Below, one piece after another: positions 35,250-49,334 of a stretch of 64,000 nucleotides of DNA; the stretch's first letter is position 1, and the number at the start of each line of letters is the position of its first letter. The notes beneath the pieces are model-generated. The model saw nothing but the letters and a program-made list of their open reading frames with translations, was not told the origin of the DNA and did no database searches. Origin of the DNA: Schmidtea polychroa (Eukaryota); the NCBI GenBank assembly GCA_044892525.1, contig CM097885.1, forward strand, positions 11,348,001-11,412,000, written 5' to 3'. The position numbers were made by a program, and so were the translations under genes.

Positions 35250-35699
35250 GTAATAATAATAATAATTATTATTATTATTTATTATTATTATTATTATCAT
35301 TATTTATTATTATTAATATTATTTATTATTATTAATATTATTCATTATTATTTATTATTATTAATATTATTTATTATTATTATTATTACTTATTATTATA
35401 ATTATTACTATTAATATTAAAATTATAATTTTTTTTATTTTATCACCATTGGTTCATTTTCATTTTTAAAATATACTTAAATAATAAATATTGATTTAGA
35501 GTATGAAAAGAAAATCAGATAAATGAAATTTATTTTAAAATCACTAAAAATATAAATCATATGGAAAATTAAATTCTCTAGAACCGGGACGCGAATTACT
35601 TTACTATATATAAAACAAAAATTTGTTTTGCAAAAAAAACATGACAACAATAACCCATACATTTTAATATTTATTTATTTTAATATTTAATATATCAAC

Positions 35700-36295
35700 A
35701 ACCAAGTTAAAACGAGACAAGCTGTGATACAGGCGAGTCAACGATGGTGTATAAAATAAACAAATATGAATGTCATCTAACCAAGTTAAAAGCATTAAAG
35801 TTCAGAACAATTCGAGGTAAACAGTTCACGGATGTAGAATCCAAGAACATCAAAAACCAAAAACGACGAACAACAATCATTCAAGAGACAGATACACCAA
35901 CGATATACATGTCAGATTCGGAAACAGAAGTGATGAGATTTGTGGGGAAAAGTGAAAGTATTAAAGGTGGCAAGGCAGTCATACAAACAAATTATGAAGG
36001 AATTTAGATCAGCGGAAGTGAAATAAAAGATGCAAAATCAAAAATAAATAAATTTGATGTCAAACTAGCTTCATATTTTAATAATAAAATAGATTATTTT
36101 TATCATCATCAGTTAGTAAAATTGGACAAAGTATACCAAGCAGCTATCGTAAATGATTGTAAACTTAATAGAGAAATATTAAGAACAAAGATGGCGGTTG
36201 CAGTCACAAACCCAGATTTGATGGCACCGATTTTATTTGCAGAGAAAGGGACATTTGCAAGAGTCGTCGGAGAAGTGATACAAATATTTCAGTGT
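35700..36295 (+). pseudogene. env: Diverged remnant of the same env glycoprotein family
   Basis: Colinear with 12650-13235: SCDTGES, DTPT, TNYEGI, YFNNKIDY, NDCKLNREILR, AVTNPDL, FARVVGE. Confidence 0.88.
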
Positions 36296-36499
36296 ATGAT
36301 TTCTATGTATTACAAATGGAAGATTTCCTTCATTTTTTAAATTTTCACATCTTTTTGCATACCATCTATTAAAAATGACCAATAGATGCAATTTTTGTAT
36401 TGTTAATTGAAGGGTATAACATGAAATAACTTTGAAATTGCCTTCTAATTGGTATGGTGTTACTGAAGATGAGTATGGTAAGGCTCAACTAATTTCACT

Positions 36500-36736
36500 T
36501 TAGCAAAACTGTAATAATTTGTTAGACTATATTTTAACATACCTCAAATTAGACGTAATTCTCCTTGCGGATTTTTTTCAGCAATTCAATGAAAAGGCAT
36601 ATAATGGTCTTGAGCCTCTAAATTTCTATGACATTCCCGGTATGTCATGGGCCTCTGTGTTTATGACATTAACGGAACCTATAGAACTGTTGCAATACAT
36701 GGAAATACATAATTTCTATGAGGAAGGAATACGAAC
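36500..36736 (+). pseudogene. Polinton pPolB core remnant (also at about 32445-32677)
   Basis: YLKLDVILLADFFQQF...GLEPLNFYDIPGMSW...IELL...EEGIR; ends at a hAT-like terminus CAGGGCCGGATT. Confidence 0.75.
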
Positions 36737-37039
36737 AGGGCCGGATTATGGTCTAGACAAACAAAACAAATGTCTAGGGCCCGGCCGACAGTCGGTTAAC
36801 ATTAAGAAATAATAAATAGAAAATACGCGCGGTCTGATATTCCTGCCGAACGCTGGTAGTTTAAAATAATTAAATAAGTATTATGTAATATTCCCCATGA
36901 AAATCGCTAAAGAATTAATTATAAAAGAAAAAAATTATTAAATATTGAAGATATCATATCTATCGAATCGACTTGCATGGATGTCATGGAAGTTTTTTTA
37001 AATGGCTAAGGAAGTTAGATATGAAAACGGTCGGGTAGG

Positions 37040-37400
37040 CAAATTTTATTAACACTTGATAATGCCCAGTCCATTCTTCCTTTAATGATTTTAAAGCTTT
37101 TATTCTTTCCACCAAATTGCACTTCAAAAATTCAGCCACTTGACCAAGGAATAATAAAATCCCTTAAAGGGCTATACAGAAAAAAAATTGAATCGAAAAT
37201 TTTGTTTTGAACTAGATAATAATCAAAACTTTATTTATACTGATCTTATAAAAGAAATCAAATTGAAGGATCCCTTAATGTTAGTTCTCGAAGCTTGGGG
37301 TGAGGTAACAACGGAGACAGCAGTGAATTGTTTTCATAAAACCATAAATAATTCTAAACTCGATACCAATGACCTGTTTAATTTAGAAGAGCCGGAGTAG
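37040..37400 (+). pseudogene. pogo/Tigger DDE transposase remnant (also at about 32985-33343)
   Basis: LFFPPNCTSKIQPLDQGIIKSLK...AWGEVTTETAVNCFHK. Confidence 0.8.
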
Positions 37401-38731
37401 GGATTGCGATATCGATAACCCGATTAATCGGACAAAAATATCATTTTAAAATTATCGATAAATTCTCTAAATATTATCGATAATTCGATAAATAAACCAA
37501 CACACATTTTTCAATTTCTGAAAAGTTTTTCAAACTTTTGGATAGTTTAATTATTCAACTAATTAATTTAATTTGTTTTTACACTTAAACTGTTTAAATT
37601 GTTTGTTTGTAAAATTGTTAAATTTGAACTTCTACATTTTTGGTAAATTTTTTTAAAGGAAACGAGTTTTATTTTAATTTAATATATATTATACGTGTTG
37701 ATATTTTGCGAATGAATCCAAAGGATCAAATAGAAAATATTGCTAAAATGATATATAATAAACTAAAGATGGATGCTATGCCGTGGATAAAGTTAAAGGG
37801 AGGATGGAAAATACTGTATGATGAGAGCTTAGTTGAGAGTGCTAAAGAAAGCATAAAAGATAATACTACTGCGGAAGTAGATGATACCGAAGAGACAGCA
37901 AAATTCTAGTTAATAAAATAGCGATGAAACCAAGTTAAAAAGAGACAAATATTTGGATATTGTTTGTATCGTCTTTCTCATTCTCGATAGTCAAAATAAT
38001 AATTGATTACAGTTGATCAAGTTATTATTATTATTTCAACTATCTTAATTATTTTTTAATTATTCTGTATCGACTAACAACTTTGGATGCTCCTTTAATT
38101 GGTGATCTCAGATATAATATAACATAATAAATACACTATGAAATATATCCAGATTTATAAGGCATTCCTTCTCTAACTCATTAATAAAGTATCATTTACA
38201 CTTGTAAGTCCAATCTTTCATTAATACTACGAATGTAGAATATATTCGGCAACCAAAAGTAATTGTAATACCTTGTATGTCTTACTAATCCGGACTAATA
38301 AACCAAGTGTTCGCTATTAAAAAAATTGAAATACCAACGTTATAACAAAGTTGATGTTATGCTGCCGAATGAGTCTGACATACGAGGTATTATATTTTAT
38401 TTCAATAATTTCCTGATGATATTATATTTTATTACTATATATAAATATAATGCCGGCTTCCCACTAAGAATTTCAGAAATTTGGAAAAATGTACACTTTT
38501 GTTGTGAACATTGGATCTGAATCCAATTGTATAAACTATACATGAAAGTTGAATCTTTTTTCTTGGTATTTCAATAAATAAAATAATTGGGACCAAATAA
38601 TGATACCCATTAACATATTTTTAACACTATATTATTTGCTTTTCGATTTTTATTATTATTATTATTTAAAACAATAAAGTGATAATTTAAACCTTATTAT
38701 TATTATTTTTTTAATATTATTTATTATTATT

Positions 38732-40519
38732 ATGACGAATAATACAAATGTAAATGATAAGAATAAAGATTCACTGTGGAATTACTTTATCCGCACTAAA
38801 GATGGAAATACAGGTATATGCACAATTCAAGGTTGCTCGTAAACCATAAAATCTTCAGGCGGAACGACTACTGGTTTACGTAGCTATCTTAGAACACAGC
38901 ATAACATAAATTTATTAAAAAGAGATCTAAATGGTGGAACCTCGAGCTCAAGCGAAATCTAAAAAATTAAAAATATCAACCGAAGTGAATTTTTCTTGTA
39001 AAATTCCAAAATTTTTCACCAAAACCATTGATGAATCTCTAACTGCAATAATATCTCGGATGACAAGCAAAGATGGCCTGATATTTAAAACATTTTGTAC
39101 GTCATATAATTTGAGAGAGCTATTAAAAAGTAAAGGTCATCAACAAATTCCTAAATCGTCCAATACAATTAGGAATATAGTTTTATCGTATTCCCAAAAA
39201 ATACGTGATGAAATGATAAATGAGTTATCTTCACGAACTGTTCGCGGCGAAAGATTTAGTTTGACGTTTGACGAGTGAATATTGGTTAAAAATCGCCGAT
39301 ATATGAATATTAATATTCACGCGAATAACATATTTTGGAACCTTGGCTTAACGCGAGTGAATATTATCGATGCCAGCAGAAAAGTGCGTAGAACTACTTG
39401 GTGAGAAATTGCGTGAATTTAATTTTTTAATTTATAATATTATTTCAATAACAACGGACGGTGCTTCCGTGATGACAAAAGTGGGAAAATTAGTAAATGT
39501 TGATCATCAGCTTTGCCTAGCACATGGCATACACTTAGCTGTGGTAAAAGTCATTTATAAAAAACACCGTAAATGAAGAATTAAATAATTATGAGAATCC
39601 AGATAATGATGAAGATAATGAAAGTGAGGAAATGACGGTTTTAATGTTATTAATGGTACGCTCATAGAAGTTTCAAATATAGTTTACTTGATATGCTCGA
39701 ACGATTTCAGCAAATTAAATATAAGGTAAGAAAAAGTCAAATTGACCTTAACATAGATATTAGCTTTTCAGATGAACAATTTCACTTATTATCTAATATA
39801 ATGTCAGTGCTGCTTCCTATTAAAGTGGCGGTGGTAACACTTTGTTGTCGAGACAGAAATCTATTTAGTGCTGGCATCACTTTAAAATTTATGCTGGATG
39901 AATTATTTCAACAAAACAGCTGTTTAAGTAATCAATTTAAATCAGAATTGATTTTACGTATCAAGGAACGCCCAACAACTTTTGCAGATGTTTTTCAATA
40001 TTTGAATAATTCGCAAGGTTACTTTACATCAAACGAAGAAGATTACGATATATTCTATTAAACAAGTAAAAGTTCAATAACTAAAGCTATTGTAAAATTG
40101 GTGATGAGTCATTGTGACAAAAATGATGAAAACTTTGTTGAAAACACGGATGATATTATAGAAGAAGTTTTAGAGGCGTCACACACTCCTGTTCATGATG
40201 TTGTATTATCAGTGAAAGAAAAACTTCACTGAACAATACAAGAAAAATCCAATTTAAATCTTGAAGGTCCACAAGGATCACAGTAAAGAACGTTAGGAGA
40301 TATAAATAAAATTATCAAAAGAGAAATGAAAATATGAAAGTTCGTGGTAAATACTTAGAATTGGCCTATAACTACCTTAGTTCCGTGCAACCAATAAGTG
40401 TTAATTCAGAAAGGGCGTTTTCGGTTGCAGGGATTTTCTGCACAAAAATACGATCACGATTATATGATGAAGGCCTAAATGCGTTGTTTTTAAGAGCGTT
40501 TTTTAATAAGTTACATTAA
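38732..40519 (+). pseudogene. Degraded full-length hAT (Ac-like) transposase
   Basis: BED finger WNYF...C...C...GGTTTGLRSYL..QH, FSLTFDE, ITTDGASVM, CLAHGIHLAV and SVNSERAFS; many stops and frameshifts. Confidence 0.9.
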
Positions 40520-41499
40520 ATAAAAAAACTTTAATAAAAATTTGTATTGTTTGATTTTTATCGATAATTACAATGTAGGATATTTTGCAATCACTAAGCC
40601 GGAGTTTGATTTAAAGAATTATTATTGTTTTCCAAATGTTGATGATGATGAAATGTTATTTGCAGATATCAAAGAGGGAGTTATTGATGAAGATGATAAT
40701 CTTTTGGATGATAAGAGCCAATCAAATAATTATAAAGGCAAATGTGAGATATTAGTCATCTCGCTGCATATAATATGTTGACAAAATTAGAGTTATATTT
40801 ATTAGAAAATGATCCAAAAAACATGACACTGATTTACAAGCTTAAGAATGTTCTTGATGAAAATAAAAAAATAGACCCCCAAGTTTATTAGATTATGTTT
40901 CAAGAGATAATATTAAATAAAGGAAGAAAATTTATGTTTTATTATAACCACGGTCGGCCTTAGGTACAGTCAAAGCAGACAGTTGTCTAGCGCCAAAATC
41001 TGGGGGAACCATTTTAATCAAAAAATGTTTTTAACTTTTTTAACCTTTTTTCTCAATGTAAGCTGTTGCATTTTTATTAATTTCGAATTATAACTTATAA
41101 CTTATAACTTATAATATTTCTAAAAGACCACTTTTATTTCAACCAAGTGTTTATAATTAGATTCACTTTTCGTCTTTATAATAGATAAAATTATTATCAT
41201 TCAAAACGTAATAATATTTTCATAATAAGTTATATGGACTAAATTTTTAAAATGTTTCAAATTTAATTAATTATAATTTATTTTGATGACTAGTGAGCGT
41301 TATTATTAAAACGATTTTGCAACAAACGCAAACAGTATTGATATGTGATTAGTTGAAAAAACAAAACAAATGTATTGAAATAAGTTAACTATCCTTTAAA
41401 ATCTGAAGTACTTTTTAATTTTAATCAGTTTTCTTAGTTATACATCTTAGTTATACATTCTTAGTTATGTATCTAATTGCTAAATATTAAAAAATAAAG

Positions 41500-42145
41500 T
41501 CAAACCCTATGTCAGAAGTTATCGGGTGCTCAACCTCATCAGAAAAAGCGACAAACAGAACTTAGTATAAAAAAGCAAACAGGATGGCTTTTCAGGTATT
41601 TAGAGAAAACCGAAACTACTCCAGCTGTTAATATTATTGCCCAGTCTGGCCAGTCATCAAACTACAACGCTCAATGTCAACTGTGACAATGTTGCTCAAA
41701 ATGAAACGGAATTAAGCCTTACTGTCACTGAAGATGAACTAATAAGTCCAGAAAATAAGTACAGAAAACAATGAAGAAGTAGCCGTGGAAGAAAATCGAT
41801 TTGATTTTGACGATCCAGCCATTTGGCCAAATGTAATAGATGATGCCACTCGAGTAGCATTTGTAAAGAAAGGCCCAGTAAGAATCACAGAGTATGATTT
41901 TCCTAAAAATGAATCTCAAAACAATCGTCGTTCTAAGGAAATATATTATAAACAAAACTCAAGAATGGAGAAAAAGTGAAGAGAACATGGTTAGTTTATT
42001 CCAAAAATAGCGATGCCGTCTACTGTTTATTTTGTAAGTTGTTTTCATTTACCAAGATTGCATTGACAGAAAATGGGTATATGAGACAGGCAAAATATTT
42101 CACGCCATTTATCGAGTCACGAATGCTCTCCAAATCCATGCATTT
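41500..42145 (+). pseudogene. hAT Tip100/ZMYM-type transposase 5' fragment
   Basis: DDPAIWP, KKGP and TTF-type finger RTWLVYSKNSDAVYCLFCKLF. Confidence 0.8.
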
Positions 42146-43487
42146 GGTGGCACCATTTAATTAATATATGGTTATTTAATTCTAAAATTCATAAGATATT
42201 TATATATAGTTGATAGAAATACAGTTCTATATCAATAGTGATACCAATTATTTCAATCATTTAACTAGAAACATATTTATGATAATATTTAATAAAAACA
42301 GTCAATTTAAAATTATTAATACATGACTAATTGGGGTAGTATCGAATAAAAATCTATAGGTCAGTTATATATTTCTTTGTGAAAAATGTATGACTATTTC
42401 TGGAACAAATTAAAGATTTCAAGTAATTTATGTATATTTGTTAGAATAATATTGTTGTTTGAGAAAACATTTAACAATAGACATTCGTCTACCCTAAGAA
42501 AAGCCCTTCGAAATGAGACACTGATCTCTCACTAATCAACTTTGTGATTATTGATTTGATTCTTAAAAGTTGTTGAAATATCCTTTATTTATTGCATATT
42601 AAAGTCGATTATTTAAACTAGTGTGTCTTTAACCTACTTAGTCCCAGTGGACTCATAGTTTTAAAGTTGATAAAATAAACTCTATAGTATGTGTGTGACT
42701 TATATATTGCCCCAGTGGGTCTATATCCCTTACTTTTGGGTTTGTATAACTTTTATCTATTAAAACCATGTAGTATATATATTGTGCCAATGGGGACTAT
42801 GTTTTTTACGTGTGTGTATGTTTGTAATCTATCTATTTATTTATTAAATCTGTATGCCCTACTTGTTTATTTATTAAAACTATACATTATTGCCAGTGAT
42901 GACTATGTTTTAAAGCTGACTTGACCTACTTAAAATTTGATTAATTTTGACGTGAAATACATTAAAAATTCCATGACCTACATAAAAATACTAGTTAACC
43001 TACTTAAAAAGATTATTCAAAAATATTTTTTTCTTAATTATTTTTTCCTCAGAGGGGACCGATTCATCTACTTATGATTGCAGATATTAATTTATAACAT
43101 GTATATTTAATAAAAATAATATCAGATATTGATGCTTATGACCATAGTAGTAATGATTGCCAAACAGTGATATAAGTATGGTAAGTCAACCTCCTTTATA
43201 AGTGTTAGAGGATGGACGAACACTAAAGATTCTGAAAATTACATATTACATGGTGTGAGCAGATAAATACAGAATAAACGTAAATATGGACAATAATCAA
43301 TAATGATAATATCTATGTGATGAAAGGAATAAACATTACTATATTGACTCGTGATAATAACTTATTATTAACAATTTGATGTGATCTGTTAATTTATCTA
43401 TTTATCCAATTATACTGATTTATTGATTCTTGATGACATTATAATAAATTTATCTTGTTTTAATTATTTTTGTTGTTATTGTCGTTG

Positions 43488-43567
<80 letters not shown>

Positions 43568-43912
43568 TCAATCAACATATGTTGATTGCTTTAATTTAAT
43601 AAAAAAGATATTTACTTTTGCACTAAGTGCATGATTTTTATATTCAAATCAAAAAATGTTTATTTTGTGCAATAAGTGCACTATAGAAAAATTTAATTTG
43701 AACCAGTGTTTGTGTTCTTATTTATATAGGAACCATCAAGTTGAGATTTGAGAACCTCAACATAAGATTTTCCGCTATAACGATATAACTAATAATTATG
43801 AAGGTAATGAACTAAAACCTAAGTACAGAAGTTGAGTGATAATATTTATTTTACACAAAGATTTGCATCTAGAGGCATGTATATTAGTTTTTTTTAAAAC
43901 TGATTTCATAAG

Positions 43913-44075
43913 TATTTTTGTCAATTATTACTTTTCCGATAAATATCTTACTATAGATCAAAACTTTGTTGAATTGATGAAAGATTAAGATATTGTACCT
44001 TTGAATGCCTTGGCTAAGTTTCCATATCTCCATCAAGTTATTACAACCGTTGGAGACTTAATAAAAGCATTTTAG
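43913..44075 (+). pseudogene. La-motif (LARP-like) exon remnant
   Basis: VNYYFSDKYLTIDQNFVELMKD*DIVPLNALAKFP resembles the La HTH motif (EYYFS..NL..D.FL...M...VP...IA.F). Confidence 0.5.
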
Positions 44076-44902
44076 TGTAATAATTTCGTTCTCTTGGAAG
44101 CATTTGATTATCTCATATTGATCAATTCATTTTTTTAATATATTTTATTAAAAATATTTTTAAAATTATTTATTTTATTTTAATTTTTTTTACTATATTT
44201 TTTTAATTATTTATAATATATTTTTATTGTTTATAAATTTTTTAATTATTATTTATACAATTATTCTATTTTTTATATTTTATTTTTTTATATTTTTATT
44301 TGCCACCAGATTAAATTACGCTAAATATCTGGCTTGCGATCAAATGCGTGTTGCTTTGATGGATGATAAAGTTATTGAACCTAGAAGATTTAATAAAAGC
44401 ATTCCAGTTTAATTTTTTCTTTCCCTTGGCACCATTTAACCGTTTGGCTCTGCTAACCTTTTCCCATTATCATGTGGCGATTATGAGAAGCAGTTATCAT
44501 ACATCCAACAGTTTTATACATCGACCTTATTGCACCTAGAAAGGTCATTTGAACAGTAAATCCATTTAAATATTTTGAATTAATTCTCTAGCATCCGGTT
44601 CTATAAGGCAATAAATTGCACGAATCATAAATTTATTATTTCTTTTGTTTATTATTCAGATATTTTCAAAAAATAACTTTTTTCAAAATGCCTTATTTAA
44701 AATTGGCAACAATAAAATTATTCAAAACAAAAAATTTTAAAATCTCTCGACATTTATAAAAATTTTGACAATTAAATTAAACTATTTCACGCTTTGGCAT
44801 TTTTATCCCTAATTAATTAATTTTATAATAAATCAAATTTATTATTTCAATGATACAATAAATATATTATTCTAATTGGCAATTTTAGATAGAGAAATGT
44901 AA

Positions 44903-44985
<83 letters not shown>

Positions 44986-45612
44986 TCTTTATTACCTTTT
45001 GTATTAATTGTTATCAGTATTTTTATAATTTTATATTTATTGTTTTTCAATTTATTATCATTCCGAGTTTTTATTAATTTATTATTTTTATTGTGATGTT
45101 TTTGTAATTATTATTTTTAGTTTCAATTATATTTTGTGGCTTGCCTACCAGCGAAAAAGAATAGAAATGGCTCACAAATTCTTACAAAGCAAGCAAATTT
45201 CTCAATAATTCCAACTAACATGAAATGCATGCTTCTAATTAATAAAAATCAAATATAAATGAAAAAATGATTAATTTAGCAACTGAAAATCATTGGAATA
45301 TAGCTCACAGATAGAGCTACCAATTTGTCCAATGAAATTAAATGGCCTTGAAAACAACTAATGAAAAACGAGTTCGCTTTATTGACAGTCGAATTAGCGT
45401 TTAGATTGACTACCAATCTTGCTGTGGTCTTGTGGAACTGATTAAACATTCATGTCGAATATAAATGCAAAATGAATATTAACTATTAAGAATTCAGATA
45501 ATAATTTATAACATGTATATTTAATAAATATAATTAATTCACAAACTAAGCTTATCTCGAATTTAAACAAATTAATATTAGTTTTTAAATTTAAATAATT
45601 AAAAATAACTCA

Positions 45613-45910
45613 CTAATTGAATGGCTAACATCAATACTGTTTTTAACAAGATTTGCCTATAACAATGAATAAACAAATCTTCCAAAGACGGACCCAGTAA
45701 TTCTAAAACTAAGGCATTGTATCGATCGCATTGTCCAGAGTAAAAATCTTCTGGAAAGCCTGTTATCGGATTACCTAAACTGTTAAAAATATTAATCACA
45801 ACCATAATATAATAAATGAAATAATTGATAATATTACCTAATCGAAGTTCATCAAAATTTCCACAAAACTATTAAAAAATTCGAATCTCCACCGCTCAGA
45901 ACATTAGAAA
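45613..45910 (-). pseudogene. Casein kinase I (gamma-like) fragment
   Basis: CGNFDELRL(G) exon, then [17 protein letters not shown]...[11 protein letters not shown] exon ending in a GTGAGT donor; degraded. Confidence 0.85.
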
Positions 45911-46762
45911 ATTTCGAATAACGATTTTAATCTGCTAAGCACTATATTTGAATATTTTATTAAAACTAACCTGAAAAAATAGTGAATTTAAACAAACAGC
46001 TTAATAAAAAATGCTGACTTATAATAATTAAAAATTTATTAAAATTGTTTATATCCCATGAAAATTTTAATATATGTTCAAAGTTTTGAAATTTAATTCG
46101 TATTTTTTATTGGACAATAAAAGTAGTTTAATTTAAATTTAATTTTTGTGTATGTAAAATTGGTTTTCAACTATTTAAAGATAAAAGATTTAAAAACACA
46201 ACAGTGTTTGGTAAAAACTGTAGAAATTAAAATATTTTTGAATACGATAATAATGCATTTTCAGAAACCAGCATAACAATCACATTGATAAATTAAATAA
46301 ATACAAAAACCATTGGCAGTAAACGGGAAAAGTTGACATATTTTTTATTGAGATTTTTAAGCTGTTGAACACAAATACAAAAGTATTAAGTTTGTATTAA
46401 ATTTACTGAATCAACACCAAATTATGCAAAGTCAAATAAAACATTAAGAATAAAACAAAGGAAATTGTAAAATGGATCAAGTCTAAAATGTCAAAATGAA
46501 AATTCAATTAGAAAAATTGATATTTTTATTAGATGTAAATATAGATGAATAAACTAAAATTGTTTCATTAACGTGTGTTATAAAAAAGTGTAATTCTAAT
46601 AATTTTAAATAAATATTATTGTGCTGGGTTGTTTGATTTTCTTATTAAAAGGACATTAAGGAGTCATATAGTGATACCAACTTGCAGAAAATACCCAATA
46701 AAATTAATCTTAATTTAAAAATGATAATAATAATAAATTAATTAAATTTTAAAAAATAGATA

Positions 46763-48854
46763 TAGTAAGCAAAAAAATGTGTTAACATGAAATAGAAATT
46801 TGTTTAATTTTTAATTATTTTGTTCTGCTAATGCTTTGGATACTCACCTTTTATATACCAACAGAATTTTATGTGGCCTTTCAAATGTTACTATTTGTGA
46901 AACAACATGATGAATTTTTTTAGACTATTTTTTATTGCTATTTGCAAACATACTAAATTTTAAATCAAAAAAGTATGGAAATATTTTGCATTTCTATGAT
47001 TTTGTTTAAATGCATCAATTATACATTTGTTTCTGGAATTTCGACGACAGTATAAAAGCAGCCTTGATCATTTCATATCTATTCCGAAGGAACTTTTTTC
47101 ACAACTCAGCAGTCCATATCCACAAGAAAGTATTTGTCAGGCAATATTCGAGAAAGAATGGTGGACCTTTATATTAATGGTGGAAGAAAGAAAATTGACA
47201 TTGCGAAGTCTTTTGCAGTGCAGCGCAGTACTGGGATTAAAGTTATCAAAAAATACCAAAGCTGTGGAAGAGTTCAAGATGCAAAAAAATGTGGGAGACC
47301 TCGTAAAATAGACGAACCTATGAATCGAACTATCGTGAAAGAGGCCAAGAAAAACCCATTCATGACAACTTGAACCTTAATCAATTGAGCAAGCAAACTA
47401 TTCGAAAAAGACTGGTGAGCATTGGACTTCATGCACGCAACCCTCCTATAAAGGCATATGTTTCTGATAAGAATTATCGGGAAAGAATTGCCTTTGCCTA
47501 AAAGCACATTGGCTGGACTACACAACAATGGTCTGATGAACCAAAGTTCAACCTTTTTGTTTCCGATGGTCGATGTAAAGTTTGGCGCCCCAATCGAGAA
47601 AAGGACAATCCTCTGTATTCCAGGGTAAGAATACCTCATAGATTGAGATTTTAACAGGACAACGATCCGAAGCATTCCTCAAAGTCCTACAACAGTGGTT
47701 CGTGAAGAAAAGGTCAATGTTCTGAAATAGCTGTCACAATCTCCGGACCTTAATCCAATTCGAACATCTTTAGGATGAGATGGGATGAGACGCCTTGAAG
47801 GTCAACATTTCTCGAACTCGAATCAGTTGTATGAGAAACTTCAGGAAATTTGGTCTGAGATTCTTGTTAGCATATGTGAGCGCCTTGTGACCTCGAATCC
47901 ACGCTGTTGTCAGGCAGTTTTGGATGCTGGTGGATACCCTACAAAATATTAATCATTATCTATGTGTAAACTTTTTCACTCAGTATTTATTCTGTATTTA
48001 TTCAGTACAAAAGAAAATAAAAGTGTTTAAAATTTATGCTGGATGAATTATTTCAACAAAACAGCTGTTTAAGTAATCAATTTAAATCAGAATTGATTTT
48101 ACGTATCAAGGAACGCCCAACAACTTTTGCAGATGTTTTTCAATATTTGAATAATTCGTAAGGTTACTTTACATCAAACGAAGAAGATTACGATATATTC
48201 TATTAAACAAGTAAAAGTTCAATAACTAAAGCTATTGTAAAATTGGTGATGAGTCATTGTGACAAAAATGATGAAAACTTTGTTGAAAACACGGATGATA
48301 TTATAGAAGAAGTTTTAGAGGCGTCACACACTCCTGTTCATGATGTTGTATTATCAGTGAAAGAAAAACTTCACTGAACAATACAAGAAAAATCCAATTT
48401 AAATCTTGAAGGTCCACAAGGATCACAGTAAAGAACGTTAGGAGATATAAATAAAATTATCAAAAGAGAAATGAAAATATGAAAGTTCGTGGTAAATACT
48501 TAGAATTGGCCTATAACTACCTTAGTTCCGTGCAACCAATAAGTGTTACAAAATATTAATCATTATCTATGTGTAAACTCTTTCACTCAGTCTTTATTCT
48601 GTATTTATTCAGTACAAAAGAAAATAAAAAAGTGTTTCCATATTGATTTGATTCAAAATTGAGAATTTTTTTAAAACAAATTACGAAAAGAGTGTTAAAA
48701 TTCCCTCCCATTGTTTCACTGATTGTACCTTCAGAAAGCCCACCTAAATTTTACCAAGAAGCACTAACGGGAAAATTCATGGCATTTACAGAATAAAATG
48801 ATGAAAGATGAAACAAATTTCTATCTCATATTTCTATACTTTTTTTGCTCACTG
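46763..48854 (+). mobile_element. Tc1-like transposon with degraded transposase (about 47140-47952)
   Basis: GRPRK, WSDE.KFNLF, QDNDPKHSS, SQSPDLNPI and GGYPTKY*. Degenerate TIRs ((C/T)AGT(G/A)AGCAAAAAAA...GAAATTT) are flanked by TA. Confidence 0.88.
48028..48548 (+). repeat. Copy of hAT segment 39882-40403 inserted in the Tc1 element
   Basis: Near-identical 520 bp, flanked by an ~85 bp direct duplication of Tc1 sequence. Confidence 0.93.
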
Positions 48855-49099
48855 TATATATGATAAATATAGAAATTATGAAGGTAATAAAGAAAAACCT
48901 TAATGCGGAAGTTGAAGGATAATATTTATTTTACACAAAGATCTGCATATAGTGACATGTAGCTATCTTATTAATTCATCTCAATCAACTACGAAAAACG
49001 CTTGTGAATATAGTAATAATGATCGAAGTTGAGTTATGTCGCTAGATAGTGATATAAGTATTGTTAGTCAACCTCCTTTTACGATTGTTAGCTTGAACG

Positions 49100-49334
49100 A
49101 CATAAATCTTGTCCAACCAACTCATTTGCAAGCTAACCTCAAAGAAACTATTGATTCTTAGTGAAGAAAGAGTTAAGCAATTGGATATTAAAATCAGAGT
49201 TCACAGTGGTGGAAAGAACTCACAAATTTATGCTATCAGTCAAGCATTGGTAAAATCTGTTGTTGCATCCTAGCAAAAATTTGTTGATGAACAATCTAAA
49301 AGAGAGTTGAAAGAAAGCTTCATTCGATATGATG
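49100..49334 (+). pseudogene. RPS16: 40S ribosomal protein S16 (uS9) fragment
   Basis: LDIKIRVHSGGKNSQIYAISQALVKSVVAS*QKFVDEQSKRELKESFIRYD. Confidence 0.88.

Larger units (their letters stand above)
36296..38733 (+). repeat. About 2.44 kb segmental duplication, copy 2
   Basis: Matches 32240-34676. Confidence 0.97.
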
